The translations under genes were made by a program, and so were the position numbers. Positions 48,220 through 60,725 of a DNA stretch of 64,000 nucleotides are shown piece by piece. A model generated the notes under the pieces. That model saw only the letters and a program-made list of their open reading frames with translations, had not been told where the DNA came from and searched no databases. Numbering within the stretch: position 1 is the first letter of the stretch; each line of letters begins with the position of its first letter. Source of the DNA: Octopus vulgaris (lineage: Eukaryota); NCBI GenBank assembly GCA_951406725.2, contig OX597833.1:33356001-33420000 (forward strand), written 5' to 3'.

Positions 48220-49038
48220 CTAGCTGGTGTACCTGGTAATTCCTGGGGCTAAAGATGTTCTATTGAAACGCCTTATTACTCTGAAATAAGAAAGCAATTT
48301 TGTTGGAAAATTACAAAAACTGTCATCTGGAGAAGGGAGAGATTGTTGGAGGCTGGTGAATCATCTACAGTCACGGAGAAAGTGTAACTGTAAAAATGCA
48401 GAATTATCAGAGTAATGGGCAATCAAAAAAGTATGTATAGAAATGTATGAAGTGCAATAATAATGTTTAGCAGTTCAAAACTGAGTCGTGAGTTGCAGTG
48501 TTAGGTCGGCTGATTGTGAAAATCAAATATTGATTGCTTTGCTAAAAACTGCAGGTGGTATGGGTTGTTTAAATAAAATATGTAGATAAGAAGATCCATT
48601 GGTTGGGCCCTATTATCAATTTTTCTCAACAATCTAAGTATGTCATGAGGTTTCCAGACATGTCAAATAAAGTAAAAAAAAAAGTGATATTGTCTGCAAA
48701 AATTAGAAATTGGACACACAAAAAATCAATATTCAAACTAATCAAACATAAAAAGGGAATGGGTTATTTCCCTTGAGTATTTAAAAAAATATATTTTTCA
48801 GGCGGTATAGGTTATTTCCCTTGGGTGTTAAAAAAATTAGTTACATGAGGTAGATATATAGGTCCCTTTCTGGGGCAGTATTATCAATTTTTTTTAACAA
48901 TCTAAGCATGTCATGAGGTTTCCAGACATGACTTCTACTCACATGTCAAGTTTCATCAAAATTGATAAAACGGTGTAGGAGGATTTAGATAACAATGTCA
49001 CCAACAAAAACACACCGATTTTCCAAATATGTAGTAGA
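48220..49038 (-). mobile_element. Non-autonomous Helitron
   Basis: On minus: A|TCTACTACATA...ccaggaattaccaggtacaccagCTAG|T. Shares the gatgaaacttgaca motif with 8873-9857 and has an internal direct repeat (about 48610-48662 and 48878-48930). Confidence 0.75.
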
Positions 49039-49117
49039 TATATATATATGTGTATATATATGTATGTATAAATATATGTTTGTGTATATACATATGTGTG
49101 TGTATATACATATTTAT

Positions 49118-49827
49118 GTCATCATCGTTTAACATCCGGTTTCCATGCTAGCATGGGTTGGACAGTTCGATCGGGGTCTGGGAAGCCAAGAGTCGGCACC
49201 AGTCTGATCTGACAGTGTTTCTACAGCTGGATGCCCTTCCTAATGCCAACCACTCCGTGAGTGTAGTGGGTGCTTTTTACATACCACTGGCACAGGGGCC
49301 TGTGGAGGCTGGCAAACGGCCACAATCGGATGGTGCTTTTACATGTAACCAGCACAGGTATCTTAACTACAATTTCCATTTGATTTTCATTTTGATTTTG
49401 CTGTTAACATACTTGACTCAATAGTTCTCCTTAAGAACAGCGGGTCACTCTACAATCCAAAGTCAGCACAGCAGGCTGTCTTGCAAGCCATGAACTCACT
49501 TCATTTGTTGGGCCTTCAAAGTCACAGCTATCTCCAGAGGTCTCAGTCTTTCGTCATAGCCTCTGTTAGGCTCAACGTACGAAGGTCATGTTTGACCACC
49601 TTGTCCCATGTCTCCCTGGGTCTACCTCTACCCTGGATTCCTTCAACCGTTTAGGAGTGGCACTTCTTCACACATCTCTCCTCATCCATCCGTAGTACAT
49701 GACCATACCAACGCAAACATCTCTCCTGCACGTTGCATCCGATGCTTCTTGTGCCCAACATTTCTCTCAGGGCGCTTATGCTCTGTCATGCATGGACACT
49801 GACATTACACATCCAGCAGATTATGCT

Positions 49828-49828
<1 letters not shown>
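49118..49828 (-). mobile_element. RTE-LINE 3' fragment
   Basis: (ATC)n tail plus reverse complement of RWMCNVSVH...LRWYGHV-type sequence. Confidence 0.85.
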
Positions 49829-49858
<30 letters not shown>

Positions 49859-49917
49859 CTATGTAAGTATATCTATATATATGTGTGTATATATATATAT
49901 ATGTATATATATATGTG

Positions 49918-50004
<87 letters not shown>

Positions 50005-50103
50005 GTGTGTATATATACATATATATATGTATATATACATATATATGTGTATATATACATATATATGTGTATATATACATATATATGTGTATATATACAT
50101 ATA

Positions 50104-50135
<32 letters not shown>

Positions 50136-50199
50136 AATACACATATATATATATGTATATATATATAAATACACACATATATATATATACACACACACA
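49828..50199. repeat. Compound (TA)n/(TG)n microsatellite
   Basis: Read directly from the sequence. Confidence 0.95.
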
Positions 50200-53100
50200 G
50201 ATTGAAGGTAGAATCAGTAGTGTGTCAAACAAAATACCTTGTAAAATTTGATTATGTCCCTTTACATTCTGAGTTCAAGTATTGCTCAGTTGCATTTTTT
50301 CATTCTTCCTAGGAAGAAATGAATCTATTTCCTTGTCGATGACACTCCAGTATAGTCCCAATTCGATAACTAAAATTAAGGAAAAAAGAAATTTATGCAT
50401 CATCATCATTTAACATTTTCCATGCTGGCATGAGTTCAACAATTTGACTGGAACTGGTATGCTGGAGAGCTGCACCAGGCTCCACTCTGTTTTGGTTTGG
50501 TTTCTACAGCTAGATACCCTTCCTAACACCAACCACTCAAAAGTGTAGTGGGTGCCTTTTGTGTGTCACTGGTATAGGTGCCTTTTACATGTCACTAGTC
50601 ACGACCACGATTTCATTTAGCTTGACATGCTTTCTCAAGCACAGCAAATCACCAGAATTCTTGGTCATGTTAGAAACAGGTGAGAAGCATCATTCATGCA
50701 AGCATAGAAAAGTGAATGTTAAAGTGATGATGATAATAGTCATTTGTTGTTCATATAAACATGTCAAGGCTGTTGTTTAATAGAGACTATTACCTCATTT
50801 GGAAGCAGGTGGGGTTTGTTGGCATGAAAGTTATCTACCTGTGCTGCATGTGTACGAAAGACTTTGGTTTATAAGGTATTATTTAACTCTTTTGATCATA
50901 ACCCCCCTGAGAATTGCTTCTAATCTATGATACAAGTTTCCTGTTTTAAAACAATCTTTGGTAAAATCTTCCATCAAAATTTCTTTAGAACAGCTAAATA
51001 ACAAATTTATTTTACTCAGTTCTTCATTATTTAGTTTCAATTAATTGAAACCAAAACTGTGTATTTCAACCAAAATGATAACAAAATGGCTAATGTTTTT
51101 AATATGTTGGTTTGCTTAAACCATTCAGTTATAGGGCATCAAGTCACACAATGACTCCACCTTGACTAATTCTTTATATATCCTACCAGTTAGCTAAGTT
51201 AGCACTTTGACTCTAGTGTTTAACCGCAAAATGTGATATAACCTTTTACAGGTTTCAGCCACTGAACTGCAACTATTTTAGAAGCACTATCTGCAAGGCT
51301 TTAGACGAGTGTTTATTTTATACATTTCTATTTGACAAACTGCTTGATAGTGAGACATAAAGAGGTGCAGCATAAACAACACTAATTTTCAAACAATTTG
51401 GAACTTAAGTATAGATATGGACAGCACTCACACACACACTATATATATATATATATATAGATATATAAACCTCAGGCTTTCTGTGTACCAAATTCCACTC
51501 CTAAGTATAGTTGAAGATACTATCCTAAGGTTCTTAATGTGGTTGCAAAGTAAACGCTGTAACCATTTATAAACTATTTATATATATATATTTATATACA
51601 CACATATATATATTTATATAGATAAATAAAAATAACACTCATGCACAGTTCACTCCTACTAGCTATTTCATGAAGCACAAGATATATGGTTCTATCATTC
51701 AGCATGCAAACTCTAATTTTGAGGTTCGTGAAACCCAGGGTACCAATGAACTGTGAATTCCAGCTGACCAAATATCCCTTGTATCAAATACTCTTTCTGC
51801 TATTGTGTATTACTAATTTATAGAATGTGTGTGTATATACATATATATGTGACAGACATAGTATATACAGTTTATATATTCACATGCAAAAGTATCTGTA
51901 ATTTCATACAGATATACAAATATATGCTTGTGTATGTGTACATAAGCTACTTTGATTTTGGTTTCTCTTCCTTTTATTTCATTTTCAAAATATAATTAAG
52001 TATTGACTGTCTAGAGCTGTGGTGCCAAGCCTATGATGTGTGCACTGCAAAATTTTAACTGACATTCAATGGACTTTGGAAAGTAAATCTCCCTGCAGTT
52101 TAAAGTTAGGAAAAGCTTGTTCGGAAGCATTTACCTAAAGCTAAAATACATGTGAGTGATGCTCTAGTGAAGGAATTATTAAAGAAATAAAAACTTTGAT
52201 CCTCTTATCAAAAAAGATTTATCATTTATGTAGAGGGTACATAATTGTATTTATTAATATTTCCATTTTTAAAACTGGGAATATGAGAAACAACCTCAAA
52301 CATATGTTAAGCATTGGAATAACAGAGTGAAAATTGGAAGGATGAGAGTGTCAGAATATACTAGCTGAGAAGAATGGTTTGTGAAGGGTGGAATGGATCA
52401 AGAGAATGGAAAGAATGAGTATAAAAGAACAGCTAGAATGTGATTTCATTACTAATACTCATTTTGATGTAATATATCTTCATTTGAAATATTAAAGGCC
52501 AGATTCTGATTTAGGCTGTGCATCTTGTGACTGCTGTACACAACTGTCTTTCATATGATTAACAATAGATTTAATTCACTACTAAAGACTTCAAACCTTA
52601 CTGGGGTCAACTATGTTCTCTTCACATTCTGCTTTTTCTCTTTCCTTCTAACATTTTATGTGATGAGCAGTGGAGGCTTATCATCATTATCATTTAACGT
52701 CCATCTTCCATGTATGCATGGGTAGGACGGTTGATAGGAGCCAACCAGGTAGAAAATCTACCCAAGGCTATTGTGTCTGTTTTGGCTTGGCATGGATTTC
52801 ATGGCTGGATGCCCTTCCTAACACCAACCATTCTGCAGAGTGGACTCAGTGCTTTTTACATAGTTTTGGCAAGATTTTTACTGTTGGATGCCCTTCCAAA
52901 TACCAACCACATTACAGTGTGAATTGGATGCTTTTAATGTGGCACCAGCATTGATAATGAAATATTAGCAGTGTTCCCTATTCAGACTTCAACCCATTCA
53001 CTTGCATGGCTTTGGGTTTGATTCCATAGCATGGCACCACGGTTAAATGCCTTGTGATTAAAATTTGTAAATGGAAATTGTATGGGAGCCCATCATTTTT

Positions 53101-53974
53101 GTGTGTGTATACATATCTGGTTAAATTTGGAATCCAAGGAAACTGGAGTTCGTTGATAAAAGTTGCGAGGGAAAATTGTAGTCACTTAATCTGTGAACCC
53201 TGTTGAGTACAGTTGACCTTTAGATCTGAAGAAATTATCCAGTTTACCACCACAGAGATATGTACATGAGAGGAAGAGAAATTAATTCATTTGAAGGGTT
53301 TTCAAGGGTTTTCATAGTAGTGGAACCTGCAGTACAATATTTGATATTGGTATTATAATTCTGTTTAAGTAGAGATTTACAAAAGTTGATTGACCTACTA
53401 GAAATAGCTGCAAAATCTCTCTCAGACCATCTTAAAATATGTGATAATGTAGTCCTGGAGACTACACTGTCTTTGAAAAAAAGAAGCATGATGGTTACAG
53501 TTAAAAAGTTCTTTTTTACTTTCTTTTATTTCTACCATAGGATATTATTGGTATACATTTATTATTGATTTCCTACCTACCTACCTACCTTTTTTTTTGT
53601 TTCACTTGATGAGATTATGAGCCTGGTAAGATCTCAGCAAGGTTTGGACTTAAAAGTATGAGACAGCAAAACTAGATCACATAAAGAATAATACAGTTAA
53701 CATGACAATCAACCATCTGTGCCACCACAACAATATCATTATTGACTTTCACACTATGACCTAAAAGAAAAGAAAATGAAACATTGATTTCCGGACTATG
53801 ATCTTTATATGATGCTCTCAACATGTTATTTAACCAATTACTTCTGCTTAATATCACAGTAATAAAGAATGCCATGAGGTCATCTGTGGTAACAGGAAAA
53901 AAAATAAATAAAGCAGCAAAAGCATTAAATTTTGTTTTTGTTTTTTTTTCTATTCTGGCAGAACCTATGATCAT

Positions 53975-54250
53975 TGCAGGCCGTTCAAGGCTAATGTGAT
54001 TGATGCTATTAATGTTCCCCTTTAAACCACTGCAGGTTTAATGGCTGCAGGAAGGAGTTCCAGAGGGCCTGCATTCTTCAAAGGAAGGATTGGGTGTAGT
54101 AGTTAGTGTGAAACCTGGATGAGTTGGACACAATGAAGGTTGGGGAGCGGGGCAGCATGAGACCACCCAGCGCAGAGGAGTAGAGGCCATTACAGCTGTG
54201 GAAGGAAAAAGCTGAGTGTAGACAGCATGTCTGTGGGCCAGAGGCTAGAA
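53975..54250 (-). mobile_element. CR1/L2-group LINE C-terminal fragment
   Basis: Decayed PLAHRHAV...NGLYSSAL...YYTQSFL...LWNS(L)P resembles the SF..R...WNxLP terminus of CR1-group ORF2. Confidence 0.5.
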
Positions 54251-55918
54251 ATGTCCATAACTTTATGCCAATCAGCTGAGGTGGGTTTTTTTTACACTTA
54301 TTTGCACAGTTCTTCCTTACTAAACCTGGGTAATTAGAGATCTAGATGATGTGGCAGAGTTACATGAGGTTGGAATCATCATCCACATCTGTGTCATTAT
54401 TGTAATTAGTTGTTGAGATGGTGGTAGAGGAGTGTGGGGAAAGTCTGGCTTAAATCGCTGTCGTTTATTTCTGATATAAGGAGGTAGAAGACCTAACAAT
54501 GACGACTCCAGAAAGGCCAGCACTGGTTCTACTTGTTGCAGTGCAGGTGAGGATGCGAGTGTAAAGAGAATCAGAAACCTGAAGAAAGTAATTGTCATTG
54601 ACTGCTTTCTAGATACTTGTCATCCCCTCTAAATTTGTAGAGTGCCTTGCTATACAGCCTAAAACATGAATTCTTTTATCAAAAAATTTGCTTTATATAC
54701 GAAATCAGTCAACAGCTCATTGGGACATTAGTTTTATTTTTTTAGGTTGAACTAAGCTCTGCACATTCATCATCATTTAATTCTTATCTCTTGCCGTAAT
54801 GTCATTTTGGTCTAGCTCTTGAAAAGCATCCCAAATAATGTCCTTGTTCTGCTCAAAACTTGAATCATTATCCTTTTCAAACAATGAAGTCTGGAGTTGT
54901 CAGGCAATAACTTGCGCAACCCATTCAAAAGACAAGCTTCATTTATTGTTTGCTAAACCTTGCCAATGAAGCAAAGAGTGCATTCATAAGATTTGCGAAA
55001 ACTGGCATTGAGCTTCATGAAAAGGTTGAGAACTTCTAATATAGAGGCTTCTTCATCTTGTAATGGTAATGAATGCAATGGCAATAGAAATAAAAATTGG
55101 GTTGGTTTCAAAGTTTGGTACAACATCAACAATGGGGGGGGGGGGATAAGTCAATACACTGACCCCAGTGCTTGACTGGTAGTTATTTTATCAACCTCGA
55201 AAGGATGAAAGGCAGAGTTGACCTCTGCAAATTTGGAACTCCGAACATAAAGACAGACAAAATACTACTAATGATTCTGCCAACTGGCCACCTCAGACAA
55301 TAATAATAATGGTTTCTAATTTTGGCGCAAAACAAGTAAGTTTTGGAGGAGCAGGTACGTTGATTGGATTGACCCCAGTGCTCAACTGGTGCTTATTTTA
55401 TCAATCCCAAAAGAATGAGACAAAATCAACCTCACTAGAATTTGAACTTTAAACATAAAGGTGGACGAAATGCCGCTTATTATTTTGCCCAGTGTGCTAA
55501 CAATTCAGTCAGCCCACTACATTAATGATAAGTAGTGTTGTTTGGAGGATATAATGGTCATAATAACTAGTGGTGGTAATGATTTTTTGTAGGTTAGTAT
55601 TATTAGTTAATTTCTTATCCTCCCCAGTAACAGCTGGTGTTACTTAAGATGTGGGTAGTGTGAGCACTGATGGTATGTCAGGTTTACTACACACCCATTC
55701 AAATACATTGGTTCACTACCAGCTCCACCGAATTCTGTAATCTTCATGTCACCACCACTATATTCTTTCACTGCTACCACTCAGGAAATGACCTCAATCA
55801 TCTTTACCACTACCATGACCTTCACACCAACTATCACCTTTCCATCTCACAACCACTGCCACCACATAGCATCACTATCACCATACCAACTTCTATTACA
55901 ACCACCACTGCATTTTAA

Positions 55919-56138
55919 CCCTTTAGTGTTTAAACCGGCCATATCCGGCCCAGATATTCTACATGTTTTATATTCAAACTGGTGATATCTAACCGCTCAC
56001 ACCTAACCTACATTGACATTCTAAAAATAAACAATCACATCATTGAAACCACAAAGCTATCAGATAATGCTTGATTAATTCAAAGCAATTTGAGTGAAAA
56101 AGCATTACATTTAACAGAGTAATCTGAATACTAAAGGG
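55919..56138. mobile_element. Intact 220-bp TTAA-flanked (piggyBac-type) MITE
   Basis: TTAA|CCCTTTAGT...ACTAAAGGG|TTAA. Confidence 0.9.
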
Positions 56139-56464
56139 TTAAAGGACCACAATGAACACTACTGCTACCCGTTTAATTAAAATCCTGTACAATGACGATC
56201 ACTTCTGAATGCAGTCTCTTAGCCCCAACTTTGCCATTTAGTCAGCTATTCCATGGGACTCATCAACACAATTGTTTATGATGGAGGAACAGCGAGTTGG
56301 GGAATTGAAATTGGTCACATTTTCATTTTTAATTAATCATTTCATCATCCTAACTTCAGCTGTAACAGTACCAATGGAGTTTCTGTTTGGTTGCATGACA
56401 TGCTTGAAATAGCAGCTAAATCTTCCATGGATCACACCCTATTATCTTAAAAAGTGAAAAACAC

Positions 56465-57495
56465 ATGGGTTGGACAGTTTGGAGAGCTGCAGCAGGCTCC
56501 AGTAGTCTGTTTTGGCATGGTTTCTATGGCTGGATGCCCTTCACAATGCCAACCACTTGTACTGGGTGCTTTTTACATGACACCAGCATGGGCACCTTTT
56601 ACATGACACCAGCACAGGTGCCTTTACATGGCATCAGCACCTGCGAGCTCACAAGACCAGGACCTTTCAGTTTAGAGAGAGAGAGAGATGGAAACCTAGA
56701 TTTAGATAGAGTATGATGAAGGGACAGAGTTAGCCCTCTTATTATCAAGGAGATACTTAGCTATCTTAGTAGGACATGGAAGGTGGGATAGTTAGAGAGA
56801 CAGAGTGAAAGAAAGAACCTGCAGATAGGGAACAGTTTGGGTAGCATAAGTAGTACAGAGGAGATAAAGGGGGATTATAAGAGTGTGATGGGTGATGTTT
56901 AAAGATCACAAGGGATGATGAGAATTGGGGTGGATATGGAAAGTGGAAGGGCTTATAGTGTGTGGGGGAGTTTGATAGAGGACAGAATTATGAGTGTGAT
57001 GATGAGGGGCATGACTTGTCTTCTCAAGCACAGCAAATCAGAAGTCCCTTATCATCTCAGTGAGGCTCAACATCTGAAGATTCTTTCTCGCCACCTCATC
57101 CTACATCTTCCACAAGTTCCCTCTAAAATTAAAGATTAACACTTCTTTATGCAGCTGTTTTCCCCCGTATGCATCACATGACCATACCAGCAGTCTTCTC
57201 TCTTGCAGACTACATCTGATGCCTCTTATACCCAGTTTTCCTCTTAAATCATTTACACTCTGTCATGCATGCACGCTGACATTACCCATCCAGCAGAGTA
57301 CGATGGCTTCACTTCTTTAAAGCTTTCATATGTCCTCTGTAGTCACAGCCCATGTAGCATAGGTGTATATGCACAGGCATTATACAATCTGCCTCTCACT
57401 CTGAGGGAGAATGTCTGTTTCTCTCCTTACTAGGACTTTGGTCTTTGCTAAATTGACTTTTGATTCCAGATCTTGCTTCCACACCCGAAATTTTA
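56465..57495 (-). mobile_element. Decayed RTE-LINE 3' fragments
   Basis: Reverse complement of the RTE tail (56465-56640) and RT C-terminus (57010-57495), interrupted by purine-rich sequence. Confidence 0.7.
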
Positions 57496-57653
57496 GGACT
57501 CAATACAAATGTAAAGTATTCTTGACTACATTATAACTGAAAGGTTCCAATTTCCAGTACTCAGTTCCACAAGTTTACAGGTTGATAATCGGAAACCAGT
57601 AACTATAGTACTAGAAACTGGAGTTTTTCAGTTATGATGTTTTAAAGAATACT

Positions 57654-58252
57654 ATAGGCAAAGGTGATGCCTTAGACAGAAATAATTGCTGGACCAGGTT
57701 GATGAAAGTCATAGCTTAATGAATTAGGAAGAGAGTTAGTGCAGATGTCATGCAGTCTGGATTTGTGTCAGGCAGGAGCACAACTGATGCTATATTCCTT
57801 GTTAGGCAACTGCAGGAGAAATATTTAGCCAAAAATAAGCCTCTGTACCTGGCATTAGTCAACATGGAGAAAACTTTTGACAGGGTCTCCAGCTCCCTTA
57901 TCTGGTGGTCAATGTGGAAGCTAGGGGCAGATGAGTAGTTAGTGAGAGCAGTGCAAGCTATGTACAGGGATGCTGGCAGTTAGGTGAAGGTTGATAACAA
58001 GTATAGCAATGAATTCAGTGTATATGTAGGAGTTCACCAAGGCTCAATTCTCAGACTCCTTTTGCTTATCTTAGTCCTCTAGGCCTTAACAGAGGAATTC
58101 AAGATCAGCTGTCCCTGGGAGTTCCTATAGCTGAATCACCACTTGACATAGAGAAGAAATTTCAGGTGCAGAAACAAGGCCTGGAATCTAAAGGCTTTAG
58201 AGCTAATTTAGCAAAAACCAAAGTCCTAACAAGTAGGAAAACAGACTCACAA
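57654..58252 (+). mobile_element. Decayed RTE RT fragment
   Basis: GRSTTDAIFLVRQLQEKYLAKNKPLYLALVNMEKTFD...GLESKGFRANLAKTKV. Confidence 0.88.
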
Positions 58253-59608
58253 GTCGCAAACTTATACACGAACATACCACACACACTGGGACTGGAAGCG
58301 ATAAAACATTGGGTAGAAAAATACAGGGAACTCATAAATAAATGTTTCAAAACAGGCTTTATCACCAAAGCCACCCAATTAATACTTGAATCATTTAACA
58401 ACAAGACATACCGACAGATAAAGGGCACGGCTATGGCTACGAAATTCACACCTTCAAACCTGGTGATGGGTTTCTTTGAGAACAAACTATACAATGAAAT
58501 AGGGAAAATCTTCGAACATGACTTCAGAGAAGACATCAAGAAAAAGTGGAAACACTACCTTCGATGACTGTTTCATCTTTTGGAACAGATCAGAAGATCT
58601 ATGAACACTACACAACATCCTCAACACACTGCACCCATTAATCAAGTTCACGATAGATACCAGCTACAATGAACTTCCCTTCTTTGACATCAACATCAAG
58701 ATACACAACTCCATCGTCACAATAGACATCTACTGCAAAAAAACCGACACACACCAATACTTTAATTTCTACTTCTGCCACCCATCCCACATAAAAAGAA
58801 ACATTCCATATAGTATGGCAAGATGCATATGCAGCATAGTAACTGACTCACAAACACGCCAAATAAGACTAAAGGAACTTAAAAACTTCCTACTACAACA
58901 GAAATACCCACTCAAATTAATAAAAAATGGGATTTCAAGAGCAATGAAACAGTGGACATCACACAACTCAGAACTCCAAAAAAAAGAAACAAAGAAAACA
59001 TCATCCCTTTCATAAACACACACAACACTGGAGTTACCAACATGTTTCAAATAATATATTCTAACTTACCAATAGTCCTACAATGCCTCAAAATGGGAAA
59101 CCTATTAAACAACTATTGCATAAAAAACAGCAAACGCCAAGAGAAAAACCTGAAGAAACAACTAACAAGGGCAAAATTCTCATCAGAGAATAAAACCGAA
59201 TTCTTTGTAAAAGAGTGCGGAGATGGAAGATGTGGGATCTGCAGTAACTCCATCAACAAATATATAGAGGGAAATAAATAAATAAAATTTATGAGTGGTC
59301 ACACATTCAAAGTAAATGCAGACATGAATTGCAAGACGCAGAACGTAATATACTGCATAACCTGCTCCACATGCAAGGAGAATTATATAGGCGAAACTGG
59401 AAATTCTTTATGTCAACAAGCCAGAATTCACTGACAACATGTATGACAGGAGGAACTGTGAAAGATTCCACTGAGCAAACACTTAGAAATATGTGGAGAA
59501 GGAAAATTTAAGATCTTTCTCTTCTATAAATGCCCAAGGAATGACACCTTCTTCAGGAAAAATATCGAACAATACTTCATAAAGTTCTCCCCCAAACTGA
59601 ATGGCTGA
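58253..59608 (+). mobile_element. Penelope-like element fragment (RT + GIY-YIG endonuclease)
   Basis: VANLYTNIPH...YRQIKGTAM...DDCF...FFD...DIYCKKTDTHQY...HPSHIKRNIPYSMA, then CGDGRCGIC and NVIYCITCSTCKENYIGETG. Frameshifted. Confidence 0.9.
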
Positions 59609-60047
59609 AAATATGAAAAGCACAGCAACTTCCCTATAAACCTATCTGGAACTATTATTTTAGTCTGTATAATAATGTCCTCACAATGTACAATAAATTG
59701 TATGCATATCTGTTTCATGGAACTCCTTCACAGGACACTTTCCCTTGTACATTATAACCCATCCTAATATCTTCATTTTTGTAAAGAATTGTTCCATATC
59801 TTCATTCCTCTTGAAATATAAATATGTGTGTGTGTATGTATGTATGTATGAATATATATATAGCTGTGAGTGGTGAAATATCACTACTTCTGTAATGATT
59901 TGTACTGGATGAAGGACCAATGTTGTAAAGTAAACTCTAATTTTGTATTAAACACACATACAGTACGATACATATGTACATATACATAAATAGGAACAAT
60001 GTTACATCCAGATTTTCCAACCCATTCCAGCATGAGGAATCAAACAT

Positions 60048-60725
60048 TGGACAAGGATAATGATGATGATGATAAATCCAGACAATTTTTTGAAAAAGAA
60101 ATTTTATTAACCAACTTGTCATTTTCTATTGAAAGAACTGAACAGCTGTATACACAATTTTTTCTTCTATCAAGATCCCCTTAGAGTAGCCACCTGGTTT
60201 TGCCATTTTTAAAGGCCAAGAATCAACTCATCACTTTCTATTGAAAGAACTGACCAGCTGTAAAGATGTAAACACATTTTTTATTCTTTCCTTCTTCCTT
60301 CTTTCTTTCCTTCTCTTTTCCATTGACACCCCTGTCAGATACACAGGTACACGCGCACACACACACACACAAATACACATACACTAATACACACACACTC
60401 TCTCTCACTGGACAATGATGATGACAATGATAATAAATCCAGACACTTTTTTGAAAAATAACTTTTATTAAGACCCCCTCAGAAAGAACTGAACAGCTGT
60501 ATACACAATTTTTTCTTCTAACAAGACCCCCTTAGAGTAGCCACCTGGTTTAACCATTTCTAAAGGCCAACAATCAACTCATCACTTTCTATTGAAAGAA
60601 CTGACCAACTGTGAAGATGTAAACAAATTTTTTCTTCTTTATCTCTTCCTTCTTTCTTTCCTTCTCTATTCCATTGACACTTCTTTCAGATACACAAACA
60701 CACACACACACACTCTCTCTCACTT
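60048..60725. repeat. About 360-bp imperfect tandem duplication
   Basis: Units start at about 60048 and 60408 (tggacaa...taaatccagaca...ccccttagagtagccacctggttt...ttccattgacac). Confidence 0.85.

Noticed and set aside
47504-50251. Many Y/I/C/V/H/T-rich ORFs
   Set aside because: They are translations of TA/TG microsatellites.
54640-55010. Coding-looking stretch on the minus strand
   Set aside because: It has multiple stops and no motif I can recognise, so it cannot be assigned without a database search.
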